Source of the DNA: Paragordius varius
Taxonomy: Eukaryota > Animalia > Nematomorpha
Direction: 5' to 3'
Assembly: GCA_964247055.1 (NCBI GenBank)
Contig: OZ176051.1
Coordinates: 6,510,001 to 6,574,000 of the forward strand
DNA length: 64,000 nucleotides
Part shown: positions 1 through 12,310 of the stretch, one piece after another
Layout of the letters: the number at the start of each line of letters is the position of its first letter
Position numbering within the stretch: the first letter of the stretch is position 1
Program-made: the position numbers and the translations under genes
The notes under the pieces: model-generated
Told to the model about the DNA's origin: nothing
Databases searched by the model: none
The model's input: the letters and a program-made list of their open reading frames with translations, nothing else

Positions 1-695
1 GTCTTTTTAATAAAAATTATTATTATCATAAATATTTTACCTAGTGGATATTAAATGCATAGTTATAACTGTAAATGGCTATAAAAGATCAAAAATACCT
101 TAAACCTTGTTTTTATCTTTAAAATTTCGAAATTATCAGCCTCGTAAAGAAAATAAATTATTATTGATGAGATGGTAATTTTTAAAAAACAAAAAACCGA
201 AAAATGGCTGTTTTGAGTGACATAAAAGAATAAAAAAAATATTTAACACAAAAAAACTTTCTTGTGTTATCTTTTTTGGACATTCATCACCATTTAAACA
301 AAGTTTGAGCTATTTTCATCCATTAGTTTTAAAGATATATTATTTAAAAAAATGTTCTCGTTTCGCGAGTTTGTAGCCATCTGTTTCTAATAATAACTGT
401 CGATGTAATACATATTAGTATACATTTTATAAAGTTTTTATTATTTTTTTATATTACAAATGGGCATTACTTGTATATTTTCAAAGAAAAACATTTTTAA
501 GTAAATTTTGATAAAGAGGGCGCATAATCAAAATTATCAAATTATACAAAATTCTTACAAGGAGTTATCATTTTTATTTCAGATTTCCTGTTAGAATAAT
601 ACTAAATATCAAATAATGCAAAAAACTCGAGTGGCAGAAATGTTGTCCAGTGTTATAGATAAGAGCTCCTCCTACCCTATCATATTTCGGATTTA

Positions 696-902
696 TGTCC
701 GTATAAAAAAAAATTTGTCCGTATAATCGAAAATTTGTCCGTATAAAAAAAAATTTGTCCGTTGAAAAAAAATTTGTCCGTTGAAAAAAAAATTTGTCCG
801 CCAATTAAAAATTTTAATCTTTTGATTTTAACACTCTGTCTGTTATAAAAAAATTATGTCTGTTTGTTAAAAAATTCGTCCGGATAATTACATATTTTAC
901 TG
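696..902. repeat. 20-bp tandem array (AAATTTGTCCGTWDAAAAAA x6), followed by a Tc1/mariner-like right end
   Basis: The TGTCC core lies at 696, 716, 736, 756, 775 and 795, with decayed copies near 857 and 876. The segment ends in TTTTACTG|TA at 895-904, the same terminus as the family A MITE at 20447-20712. Confidence 0.8.
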
Positions 903-918
903 TATATGTATATAATAG

Positions 919-1093
919 AATCCACAACTATTACGCCAAAAACCAATATTATGCCTCGAATTGTGCCAGTAATTGAGGTTGAAAAAACTAATCCTGACCT
1001 AAACACGATAAAGCCCTTGGAATCATCAGGGTCAGTCGAGGGGAGTGTATCAGGATCTGCTACAAAACCAAACATCACTTTAATTAACTCTGG

Positions 1094-1131
<38 letters not shown>

Positions 1132-2566
1132 TAAAAATTGAAATTATACGGACAAAAAGTAAAAATATAAAGACAAATATTTTATCTATCTAAAAGACAA
1201 CTATAGTTTTTTAAACCTTAAAATCTCTCGTAAAACTATTTAGTTACAATTTTAAAATATAGATTTGATTGTGTTAGTAATATAGAATTCTATTTCAGAC
1301 TTTGCTACTTAAAACAATGAGTTATATTGAAATAAATCAAAATTCAAAAAGTATGGTTGTCTATTAAAAAAAAATATTTGTCTTTATATTTTTACATTTT
1401 GTCCGTATAATTTCAGTTAAATATTTGTATGCCAATTTGATTTTGATTAAATCATTGAATGTGTAATTTAGTTTTATCATGGTAGCAAAAAATGTTTTTT
1501 TTAAAATGAAATACTATAAAAATTCACCTATATAAAAGATAAACACCTTTTAAAACATTACCTTATACCTTTATTTAAAATATTTATCATAATTACCAAA
1601 TCCGTCATTTAAAGGTAATGTTTTCTATATTTACTTTTTTAAAAAAATTTATAATAAATTAATTAGGTTCAGGCGAACAAACAGAATCAACCACGGTTTC
1701 GACTGATAAAACTACGATCGTAATACCAAAAACCACAACATTAGAAAAAGGTTTGATAAATTTATTTTTTGCTTTTTATTAATTTAATTTTATCTTCCCG
1801 TAAACAGTGTCACATCTTGATGAATTATATATCTGGTAGAGGATTTTATGCTCATAGTTTTCGTTTTAATTCAGAAATTTGAACTTTTGAGGTCATTGTT
1901 AGGGGTGGGAAAATTTGCGCCTATTTTGCTTTATATATTTTTTATGAGAGCCAAACTCTTCACTCTAAAAATATGACTAAAAATATCAATAATGGGCTCC
2001 AAAAATCTCAATTTCACCCCTTTTTAAAATGAGCTATCTTCTTAAAAACTTATAAATGGGCCGTCGCGATTAGGTAGTTTATTACTCAAAAAAATATTTA
2101 TTAAAAATGTAAAATATTATTAAAAATTTAATTTTTGGTAAAATTTTGTAATTTATATTGTTGTATTTTTCGAGCAAAATTTTAGACCATAAATTTTATA
2201 ATGATGATATATTTTAACATATAAAATACCAGCTTTTGAAAACATTATGTACCTCTAGGGTATCTTTCCTTAAAAATTATTTTTGATCATAAGCAAACAT
2301 TTTAAAAAAAAATTCGTTAACCGAAAATCCAGTCAATACCGATCGCCAGACTTTTTGGAGCAGTTTTTCTATATTTTACTTTTTTAATAAATGCCCTATT
2401 TAATTAGGTTCAGGCGATCATACAGAATCAACCACGATTTCGTCTGATAAAACTACAATCGAAATACCAAAAACTACCACATTAGAAAAAGGTTAACTAA
2501 ATTAATTTTTTCGTAAAATGTTTTGCCATGAATGAACATAGATTCGAAATCTAATTAATGCTTTAT

Positions 2567-2605
<39 letters not shown>

Positions 2606-5600
2606 TATTTTAAGTTGGGTCTAACTGTATAAATAATTTTCTATTCGTAACCTCTTTTAAAGTCAAAATTTTTTTAAACAGTATTTATCACATCATACCT
2701 ATTACATGAAAAATGATGGGCACATAAACTCGATATTTAACTAAAATTATATAAAATTTTAAAAAATAAATTAATTTTCCGTTAACTAATATAGATTTAA
2801 GATTCAATATAATTTTATTATTATGCATTTACCCGTTAGGCCCGTTAAAATCTTTTGACAAGTTAGAAATCAAATCCTCCTATATTATTTTTATAAAAAT
2901 TTGTATTATAGTGGAATCGACAACTACTGTCGCTTATTCTCCAGAAACTACAACGCAAAAAATCGTAGATATTGATAATGACATTGAAGAACACATTCCA
3001 AATGTTAGAGCTGTGGTTACACGCACAACCACTATATCTGGTATTCATAAAATTTATTCTGATACCATTTCAATATAGTTTTTTATGAAAGCCAAGCTAT
3101 TGTAGCTAGTTATGAAAAATAGTTTAAAAAGGTTTTTGATTTTTAACTTAATTACAATTATGCAAATTTATTTATTTATTTGTTATGGCAGACGAAACAA
3201 CGGATTCTACAGCCCAATCAACCGAACAAACAACTGAAAATAGTTTATTAATTTTTTTTATTCCAATATTTAAATTATAGATGTTAAACACTGTAGAGGT
3301 ATGTCAATGTTTTAGATAAATGTCAATTTGATTTGATTTAATATATATATTGATTATAGCTAAAAGTATTAGCGCCACCGAATTGAGATCAGCTTATGCA
3401 AATCGTACTAATATACTTCCTAATGGTATGGCTTTTAATTAAAAACTTTCCACCAAAAATCCAACACTTTTCGAATATTCGCTATTTTTTCTTTTTTCTT
3501 ATAAAATATTATATAAAATGTTTTTATATATATTTTGCATATTCGATGAAAGGAATTTTTTACGGACAAGAATTATGCAATGCCCATCGAGGATTTTACA
3601 ATTTACGACTAAGCAAAAGAAGTTTACGGTATATTTTATCGTTTTTCCCTCTTCCCCCAATCATGAAATTATATGAAATCGATATATACCAACAGCGCTT
3701 TTTAAAATTAAACGCTTATTATCTTTAAAATATGAAATCAAAAATAATCTGACTTTTAGGTAAATTTAATTTTTTAAAGAAATGAAGAGCGTTTAGGTAT
3801 ATAAAAAAGAAAACGAGCACATTGCCTAAACTATTATTTCTTAATAAAATTCTTTCTGGGTTCAGACCTACGCTTCGTTTCCACAAAAGTGAATTACGTC
3901 TTTAAAACTGTCAGCCATAAAATCTCATAGGTATCAGAAGCCTAATTATAGATACATTAAAGCAGACTAGCTTTGGGAACGAAAGGTGTTAATTAACTCA
4001 ACATTTAGGGGATGAAAATTATTGGAATCCCGTCATTAACAATTAAATATTATGTAAAATAGATGTAACCCCAATTTATCCATAGATAATCACACGTAGA
4101 AATCAAATAATTGTTAAAATGAACCATTTATATAGTTTTTGAGATGGTAGGGTTATGTTACATTACTGTTTTTTATGGTTATTAGTAATGTTTTATTATC
4201 AACTGATGGTAATACCGAGTGTCACAATGTTTTAAAAGCTCACATTTGCGCTAACTTTGATTTACAAAATAATCGTCATGAAGTTTTGCAAAACACAGAT
4301 GTTCAAAATCTTTTGACATTAGCAAGAATACCTACACCTTATCAAATACGTGTCTCTAATGAAGAGGTAATATATTTTAATTTTCTTGTGTAAAAATAAT
4401 TTAGTTTATAGAAATATTGTGATTAAAAATTTAGATTATTTGTGAAATATGCAATATAACTAAAATGAATCACATTCTGATATCAAACTATGAAAATCCC
4501 TATATTAGCTCCATCGTATCCTTTGGAGACTGTAATAAGGTATATTATATATTCTTTAAAGCGCTCGACTACTGATTTTTATGACTGTTTTAAAATTATA
4601 CTTTCTTGAACCATATTGCCTTTATAAAAAAACCTTAAAATATGAAATGCGCCAAAATATATTTTAATGGTTAAATATGTTTGAAATATGGCTAATACAA
4701 TTATCTCTTATTTTAAAAAATCTAAAAAATTTAAAACAACTAAGATAGTCTAATTTAATTAAATCCATCGTTTGGAGTTAGATTAAATTTGAATATTTAA
4801 AATTGGTCAAGTTTGGGTTAAGTATTAACCTCATGGGTATATTAAAATGCAGTTAATAAAAATTTGAGCTAAGTTAATTCATAAGAATATTAGTTTACGA
4901 TATGATTTATTATTTGGTTTTATGTTAATTTAAAACAAAATTTTAATTAAATATATTAAAATATAGGTAATTTTGGATATTTAAAAACACATTTTAATGA
5001 TTTTGACGTGTAAATAATATATTTCAAACGCCAGTTTAAACGTCAAAAATAATAAATTTTTTATTTTTAATCCAAGTCAAACCATTTTTTTTAATTTAAT
5101 TAAATCATGTTTTTTCGATTTTATGGAAAAAAGGAGCATATAACAAATTTTTATGGCAGATGAACCGAAAGAACAGAACCATTTTAATAAAAAAAATAAT
5201 GAACCCGCAAAAAATGAATTTTGGTAAAGATAATCTCTGGGAATAATATTCGATCAATTATTTTTTCTAGAAAAACTGGTGGGAACCGCACAAAATGTTA
5301 GGAATCAAAATGCTTCTCAAATTAATTAAAACATCATTAGAACACCTTGAAACATTGTGTGAAAAATGAATGCCTTTATTTTTTTAACAATAAATTACCT
5401 TTAGGGTGGTTTTATCCCAAAGCGATTTGAAATTTATATCTTAAAAAGTATTTAAGCTATTAAGCCGAAAAAATATGCTTTCCTTAGTCTTTTAGGGTCA
5501 TTTTACATTTTTTTTAAAAAAAAATCATTTATTTTTAAAAAAAATGTAAAATTGTTAAAAATCCTTATGTCAAACTTTTTTGCCGCCTTTTTCTATATTT

Positions 5601-6159
5601 TTCAATCGGATGCAACAGGAAAATAAATGTATAATGTGGTTAAACAATGTAAACAATTAACTTTAAAAAGGTTTCAGGCTACTTACCAGCAAAAACATTA
5701 AATAATTCGATTTTAATATCGGCTGTTTGTTTCAATCGTGTTTTGGAGCGATTCTAGAAATCACAAAAAAATATAAGCTTTTTTATCTAAAGAACAATGT
5801 TTGATAATTACATTTTTAATGAATTTAAAACTACCCCAAAAGGTAAACTAGGAAAAAAGTGAAAAAGTAGTGAAGTTTAAAAAATAATTAAAAGTATAAT
5901 AAATTTAGGTTATATTACTTGAAAATTCATATCAACTATATAATAACTAATTTTGTATTATTATTATTATTAGGTTGTTTTGAAACAAAAAACAGATGGG
6001 CTCAAGATTGAAAAATATAATGGAGATCAATTAGTTTATGAGAATTTATATCCGAAACACATTTTAGTTAAAGTAGTAACGGAACCACAACAATCCATAA
6101 AGATAAAACCTGAACAGCCTGAATTAATTTTGTCTAAGGAAATAATTCAATGCAACTAA
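919..6159 (+). CDS. Orphan Thr/Ser-rich mucin/proteoglycan-like protein with a Cys-containing C-terminal region; 5' end not found
   Basis: Exons 919-1092, 1667-1750, 2408-2491, 2912-3040, 3192-3242, 3281-3298, 3360-3425, 3553-3628, 4186-4366 and 5974-6159 all have AG/GT ends and join in frame to a TAA at 6157-6159. The product has T/S-rich tracts and GSGE/GSGD motifs, then ...RLSKRSLRNVLLSTDGNTECHNVLKAHIC...EIIQCN*. I recognise no homolog. The acceptor at 3552 is weak. Confidence 0.7.
1129..1418. mobile_element. MITE family A (Tc1/mariner-type, TA flank), right end decayed
   Basis: Left end TA|CAGTAAAAATTGAAATTATACGGACAAAA, inserted in a (TA)n run. The inverted TTTTGTCCGTATAATTTCAGTT lies at 1397-1418. 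Internal sequence is colinear with 20447-20712. Confidence 0.8.
1620..2500 (+). repeat. Tandem exon duplication (two 84-nt phase 1-1 exons plus upstream intron)
   Basis: 1667-1750 encodes GSGEQTESTTVSTDKTTIVIPKTTTLEK and 2408-2491 encodes GSGDHTESTTISSDKTTIEIPKTTTLEK. The acceptor regions (ttttctatattt..acttttt...taattag) are also shared. Confidence 0.9.
5398..5843. mobile_element. MITE family G (~450 bp; CCTTT...AAAGG ends)
   Basis: TIR CCTTTAGGGTGGTTTTA / TAAAACTACCCCAAAAGG. Internal motifs (caaactttttgccgcc, gcaacagg, accagcaaaaa, gaacaatgtttgata) are shared with copies at 14790, 17191, 23651 and 12130. Confidence 0.75.
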
Positions 6160-7694
6160 TTATTTTTTTATGATGGGTCATTAATACTCTTAACCAACAA
6201 TAAATATTTATGGATGTTATTGATAATTTGGGATTCTCATATCAAATCAATAAAATTTGTTGTTTTGTCAATTATTAATCAATGTTACTTGGAATAAATC
6301 ATGTTTTTATTCTATCATCATTAACCCAAAACTATTAACTTTTTTTGTGATAATTTTTATAAATTTCTCACAACTTGTGGTTAAGTTTTTATCTAAACCT
6401 ACCCTCAGAATTAGATAAAAGCTTTTTATTCTAGAAATCTCGCACCAAATCATATAAGGTAATAAGGCTATTATAATAAAACTTCTGTTTTAAATGGGTT
6501 AGAGCGATTATTTAATAAATGACTTGTTAGTGTTCGATTATTAAAATATGATATATATATATGTATGAACTTTATTGTTAATTTTTATTCTAAAAATAAT
6601 ATAATTAGGTAGGCAATCGAAACATGGTAGTATTTATGAATTCCAAAACATCATAGGCTTATAATGCACTTATCTTTTCAAATGTGTTTTCTATCCAATA
6701 AAAACAAAGCTTAGTAAAAACCGCTTGACAAATAAGCTAGGATGCTGTTAAAAGGGTTATCATCATACGCAAATTATCCTTCTCTTTTTTAGTGCATAAT
6801 ACACTTTGGTCCTTGTTACGTTAAAAATATATATTACCTTGGTTGTGAATGCAAATTATTTTATTTATACTTATTATCTTTAACAACGTTTAAATCAGAC
6901 AACTTTATCCTTGTGAATGCAATAACCAAATTTCCTAATGTATATAAGGAATCATTGTAACACACAGAAAACATTATATTATTCAGTTTTGTTATACTAA
7001 ATAAATATATATATCCTTTTTTTATATTAGATGCTTCCATAGATTAGTAAAAAATAAAATATCTTGTTTTCCGATGTAAACTTTCCAAACGTACTTATCA
7101 GCTACCTTTAACTCTGAAAACAGCTTTGATGATAAATAAACTTTATACTTAAAATGTAACAAATTAGTAAAATGCTTAATATTGCCTTCGGTGATTATTA
7201 AAAAAGGCATGAAACCATTTGATTCGAATCATAAATCATTTATTGTAGCTAACTAACAGCAGATGAATTTATATGTTTTTTTAAAACATTTATTTTGCAA
7301 GAAATTCTTATACAAAGGGACATATAAAAGCAAGAATTCGGCTCAACTTTTATACCATGTATACAAAGGAATATATAAAACTTATTGTTTAAAAACGGAA
7401 TATAGGTTGATACCGATACAAATTTATTATTTTTTAAGTTAAGTTAATCGTAATTTCAATATTACAAAATGCCCAAAAATGTATATAATTGTTTATTAAT
7501 GAATTACTAGTAAGTAATGATTGAAAAATGATGAAATATATAATGAAATATATTTACAATAAAGGAGGTGCACTTATAAAAGAGACATGTTTTGGTCATG
7601 TTCATTAATCACAAAAATGGAGTATAAAATATTTCAATCATTATATAATGTTTGTTTGGTGGCAATGTTGTTGATAAAAAGAGGGAGCAAATAA

Positions 7695-10600
7695 TTACAA
7701 TTCAGCCTTTTTGGGTTTTCCTTTACGATCATATCCCTTAAGTTCGTTAGTTGCGTGTTTTGCAATAAACTTTATAAAATCATTGACTTCTCTGGCACCC
7801 TTATTACGATAAAAATAATTCAATATATGATCTGTATCAAGTGTTCGCATGAATATTGTCGTTTATAAAAGTCATGCTTTTTAAAGTAACGCCATTATAA
7901 AAATATTTTTGTTTTATTTAAAGTCCTGATTATTTAAAATTCAAACCAATTCTCTAAGTCAATAATGTTGTTTCAATAAGACTTTTATATTTAGCGCCAA
8001 TATGCCCTATTATTCTAAACCACTATTAGGGCCAATATATTGAATTATATCCTGATAGATAATAATATAAAAAAAATAAATAATTATTCCCATATAAATA
8101 AATAATCGTTTTTGACCTTATATGGGAAAACAGAATTTAAAAAATTGTATATGCCCGATTAAGTTATACTTCATATCGGAGGGGTTTATTTCCTTCACCA
8201 GCTGGCACAAAGTAAAGCGTTGGAAATCTATGGTGGATAGACAAATGTATTATATGTATATTAAATTTAATATAGGCAACAATTGAGACAATAATAATTA
8301 ATTTATTTTTATCATAATTCACTTAATTTATAAACTTTCTAATCTAAAACTAGGACATTTTTCATGAAATATATATATATAAATACCCTTTAACATCAAA
8401 ATCGGATGGGACATCGTTTGATGTTGCATCCATCTTTGATATTACGATTTCCGATTCATCTTTTAGCTATGAACAAACATTATGATAATTATTAAATATT
8501 AGCGCTTAATAAAAAAAATTACTTAAAATAGAAATAATTGGTATAACTAAGATTGGGTATTTAGTAAATATCATATTTAAAAACTAGTTAAAGGGCTTAT
8601 AAATGCATAAGAAGTACATCATCAATAATTTATAATATGTGTCTTACTGAATAAAATTTTTTTACTTTTTTACATTATATATGCTGTTTTTACAACACGT
8701 AAAAAAGTAATGTTCAATTTTATCATTGTTTTATGAAAACGGTCACATATTTATTTGTAACCCTAACCCCCAAAAAAATATTTATTCAACCAATCTCAAG
8801 AAAATATAGATGTAAAATATAAATGTCTGTGGAGTATATGTCAAAGAATACTTTTTCGGCTAGTTCAGCGTAAATGGGCGTTAATTTTTTGCAATGACCA
8901 CACCATGGAGCATAAAATTCAATCAACACATCTTTGGTAGAGTCTCTCACCACATCATCAAAATTAATCCCAACCACAACCTATTCATGAGAATAAAAAC
9001 ATAACTTGAGTTATATTGATTAAAAAAGCAACATATAAAAAGTTAATATAATATTAATTTGTAAATCTATCGATAGTCATGTGTATAAAAAAGTGTAATC
9101 ACATTTTATGTATTTCTGTTTTATTTGCATAAATTAACAAGTTTTTATGTAGGAAATATGCAAGAAACATAGTTGTTAACACACATATAATTCATTTATT
9201 CCAATAATTGATATAGAAGGAGTGTTAAAAACAAATGTCTTCGCGGGCCGCATTTGGGAAATATGGGCATTAACAATATTATGTTTTAGACATAAGATTA
9301 TAAAACAACTATTTATTTAACCATTTTTTGCTAGATTATCAGAAATATGTTTAAAATTTTTTTTCTTAGATTTCGTAAAATTTTGTGTTGGAATTTTCGC
9401 GGGCCGCGTGTTGGCTGCTTTGATATAAAACCATTATTACTTTTACAAATAATATTTTTTTAAAATCAATCTTTATTACTTTGCAGATTATAAATGTGAC
9501 AAGTTCAACTTATCAAAAACATAAATAAATGATTATCAATAAACCTTAACGTGACCCTCATCTTCAGCTATGGGTTGGGATTTAAGGTAAGGCGTAATTT
9601 TACCAGCCAAAAACTCTGTCATAAATTCTTGGAAAGCTGCTTCGCTATATAAGATATACAATAAAATAAAGTAAAAATAATAGGTTAAAATAAATAAAAA
9701 TGAAAGTAATTAATTATGTGGTGAGAGTATAAGTAATATAAATAAAATTAAAGGTAAATTTAACGAATGTAAATTGAAATTTAGACTTAAAAACCTAAAT
9801 ATATAGTAGGAAGAATGAATAAATATAATTACATTTCCCCCAAAAACTTTCATATAATATGCATTTTCAAGTAAATATATATTTACCTAAATTCTTCTTC
9901 CATTTTGTACTTTTTGCCGTCTTTGAAACATCCCACGTAAGGTTTGAGCTCAAAAGTATTTACACCAGGCTCATGTACTTGAGACATATCAAACCCAAAC
10001 TCCGTCAATTCATGTTCGAAAGTAGTTAAATCGGATATGCCTACCAAGGTTTGTTCTCGACTAACTTGAGCTTTATTGAGTGCACGTACAACACTAATCA
10101 AACGAAACAAATGTTATATCATTGTTGTTATTGGGTAATATCTTAGAATTTGATTTTAAAAAATTAATATACATTCGAAAAAATTTTGATAAATGATGTG
10201 TAGTATCTTTCAAGTGAATAAGATAAAATGAAATAAAATCCAAAATTTAGTTGTTTTGACATGACTAATATGGTCTGACCACTTGTGAAGAAATTCATTA
10301 AGACAGTTACTGTGCTAGTTTAAGAAAATAATCAACCAGTCGTAAAATTTATTGTAATAAAATCAAATTATGATATATTTTGAAACTATGGAAGTTGTTT
10401 TGAATGATTAACATTAGTAGGTTAAATTCAAGCTTAAATTTTGCGTTTGTGGTATCTATCCGTAAAAACTGCATTTACAAGCGGTCAAAAACACAAACCT
10501 AATTTTTTATGTTATGTAGCACCACCAGAGAATATTTGAGTATAAACTTAAAAAATCTTTTGGTATAATTACCGATTTCTCCAGAAATTGGAATACTTAG

Positions 10601-11860
10601 CATTATGAGCGTAATCAATGGCAAAGTAAACGACACAATGTGACGTGTGTCCGGTAAATAATTTGATATTATCTCTATCTCTCACATCGGCCAAAGCGGG
10701 TCTAAAAAATATATTAATATACATAATTTGATATCAAACATTTGTTAATTTGTTTTAGTTACACCTAATATACATAATTTTTATACATGAAATTAATTGA
10801 AAGGGGACTGAAATAAATGATAAAAGCAAATTACCAATCCAAAATTTTTTAAGGTTTAATTAAATTAAATCAATCTACATATGGATAATAAAAAATAATA
10901 GCAAACATCCATTATATAATTTAAAATTTAATTTTAAATTTTTTAAAAAAAACCAACAAATAGAGAGACTTACAAATGATCATTGACAAAAGATTCCATT
11001 TTACTTTTCTTGATTGGATATTCTGTTTCGTATGTTTTTGGTTGTAATTTGTTTTGGAAATTAATTGGTTGGTAAATGATAAGTTTTCTAGTAGCAAAAA
11101 TATTTTAAAATTATATAGGTTGAGCTAAGATATGTTTTATAAATACATTTAATGTATTTAAAAATGATACCCTTTATTAGGCGATTTTTCATCATCAATC
11201 AAACCCAATTTATAATAATCGCGATATTCCTTGGCAAAATTTTTAAAGTCATCAGTTTCCTTTCCATATGCTAATTATAAATAAAAATAATTTGATAGAT
11301 AATAAATTTTAAACAAGAGTTAAGAAAATAGATTCTTACCAATTATGTGATATTCATTTAGCAAGGCCTCTTTTGTAGGATTAAGTTCAAATGGTGGCAA
11401 AAGTTTATGTTTAATAAATTTAATAATTGCTTCCTTTGATCGATCAATATTAACATCCTCAAATTTTCCGTTGGTAACAAATTTTAAAGTTGGATATCCG
11501 GAAACACCTTGTTCGGTACATCTAGATTGCAAAGTTTCATCAGTACAATCAACCTTAAAAAAATAATTTGGTATAAAATATTATAAAAAAAGTAACAAAT
11601 TATTCTTACCTTGGCAATAATGTCAACAATGTTTTCGCTAGCTAACGAGGCGGCTGCTTCACCCAATATCGGTTTTAGATGCTTACAATGACCGCACCTA
11701 CAAATAATCATGAAAAATACCATGGGGCGTAAAACATAACAAATCTTTGGTCAGCATTCAAAACATCGTCTTCAAAATTTTTGACTTCAATAACGGAACC
11801 ATCATATTCACGGGCAAATGCAAACCGCAAAAAAACTGATATCAAAAATATGTTGAACAT
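7695..11860 (-). CDS. PDIA3: Protein disulfide-isomerase A3 (ERp57)
   Basis: Twelve exons: 11721-11860, 11610-11697, 11340-11553, 11171-11270, 10974-11087, 10573-10701, 9887-10093, 9545-9644, 8852-8980, 8387-8466, 8170-8227, 7695-7799. It has a signal peptide ([16 protein letters not shown]), two FYAPWCGHC sites, the PDIA3-type [15 protein letters not shown] and YLKSQPI motifs, and a C-terminal KAEL retention-like signal. Confidence 0.95.
9217..9420. mobile_element. hAT-type MITE (family F), decayed ends
   Basis: Flanked by TGATATAG (9209-9216) and TGATATAA (9421-9428), an 8-bp target duplication matching 7/8. GCGGGCCGC and ATATGGGCAT motifs are shared with 27277-27524. Confidence 0.65.
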
Positions 11861-12129
11861 TTACCAAAATTATGACGAACTGGATAAAAAAACGTGGATG
11901 CTATTTAATTCCCGAAGGAAAATAGTACGGGTTAATAGGCAATGGCAATGTGGCAAATTATAAAATTATTTTCGGTAGATGAAAAAATAATTTATTATGA
12001 TTGAACATTGGTATTTCTAATAACATTTTGTTATAGTTTTATAGAGCGATTAAATATTTGAATATTTAAAAAATTAAGTTATTAAGCTGAATTTAAAGTA
12101 TGCTTTCAGTCTGGAGCATCATACAAAAA

Positions 12130-12310
12130 TAATTTTTATTTAAAATTTCAAACCTCATCTCAAACTTTTTTGCCGCTTTTTTTATAAATTTATTAAATCT
12201 AATGCAACAGGCAAAATGTAATACTATGGTTAGAAAATATAAAATAATTAACTTTGGTTTAATTATATTTTATTCAACCAAGAATGTACTTATAAAATGC
12301 TTTGAGTATA
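12130..12310. mobile_element. Partial MITE family G copy
   Basis: Carries the internal family G motifs caaacttttttgccgc and aatgcaacaggcaaa. Ends not found. Confidence 0.5.

Noticed and set aside
574-804. 76-aa minus-strand ORF with a repeated DKFFF/RTNF pattern
   Set aside because: It is simply the translation of the 20-bp tandem array.
6600-7420. Possible small minus-strand gene (ORF 7022-7210 and exon-like pieces) between the orphan gene and PDIA3
   Set aside because: I could not build a phase-consistent model, and I recognise no motif.
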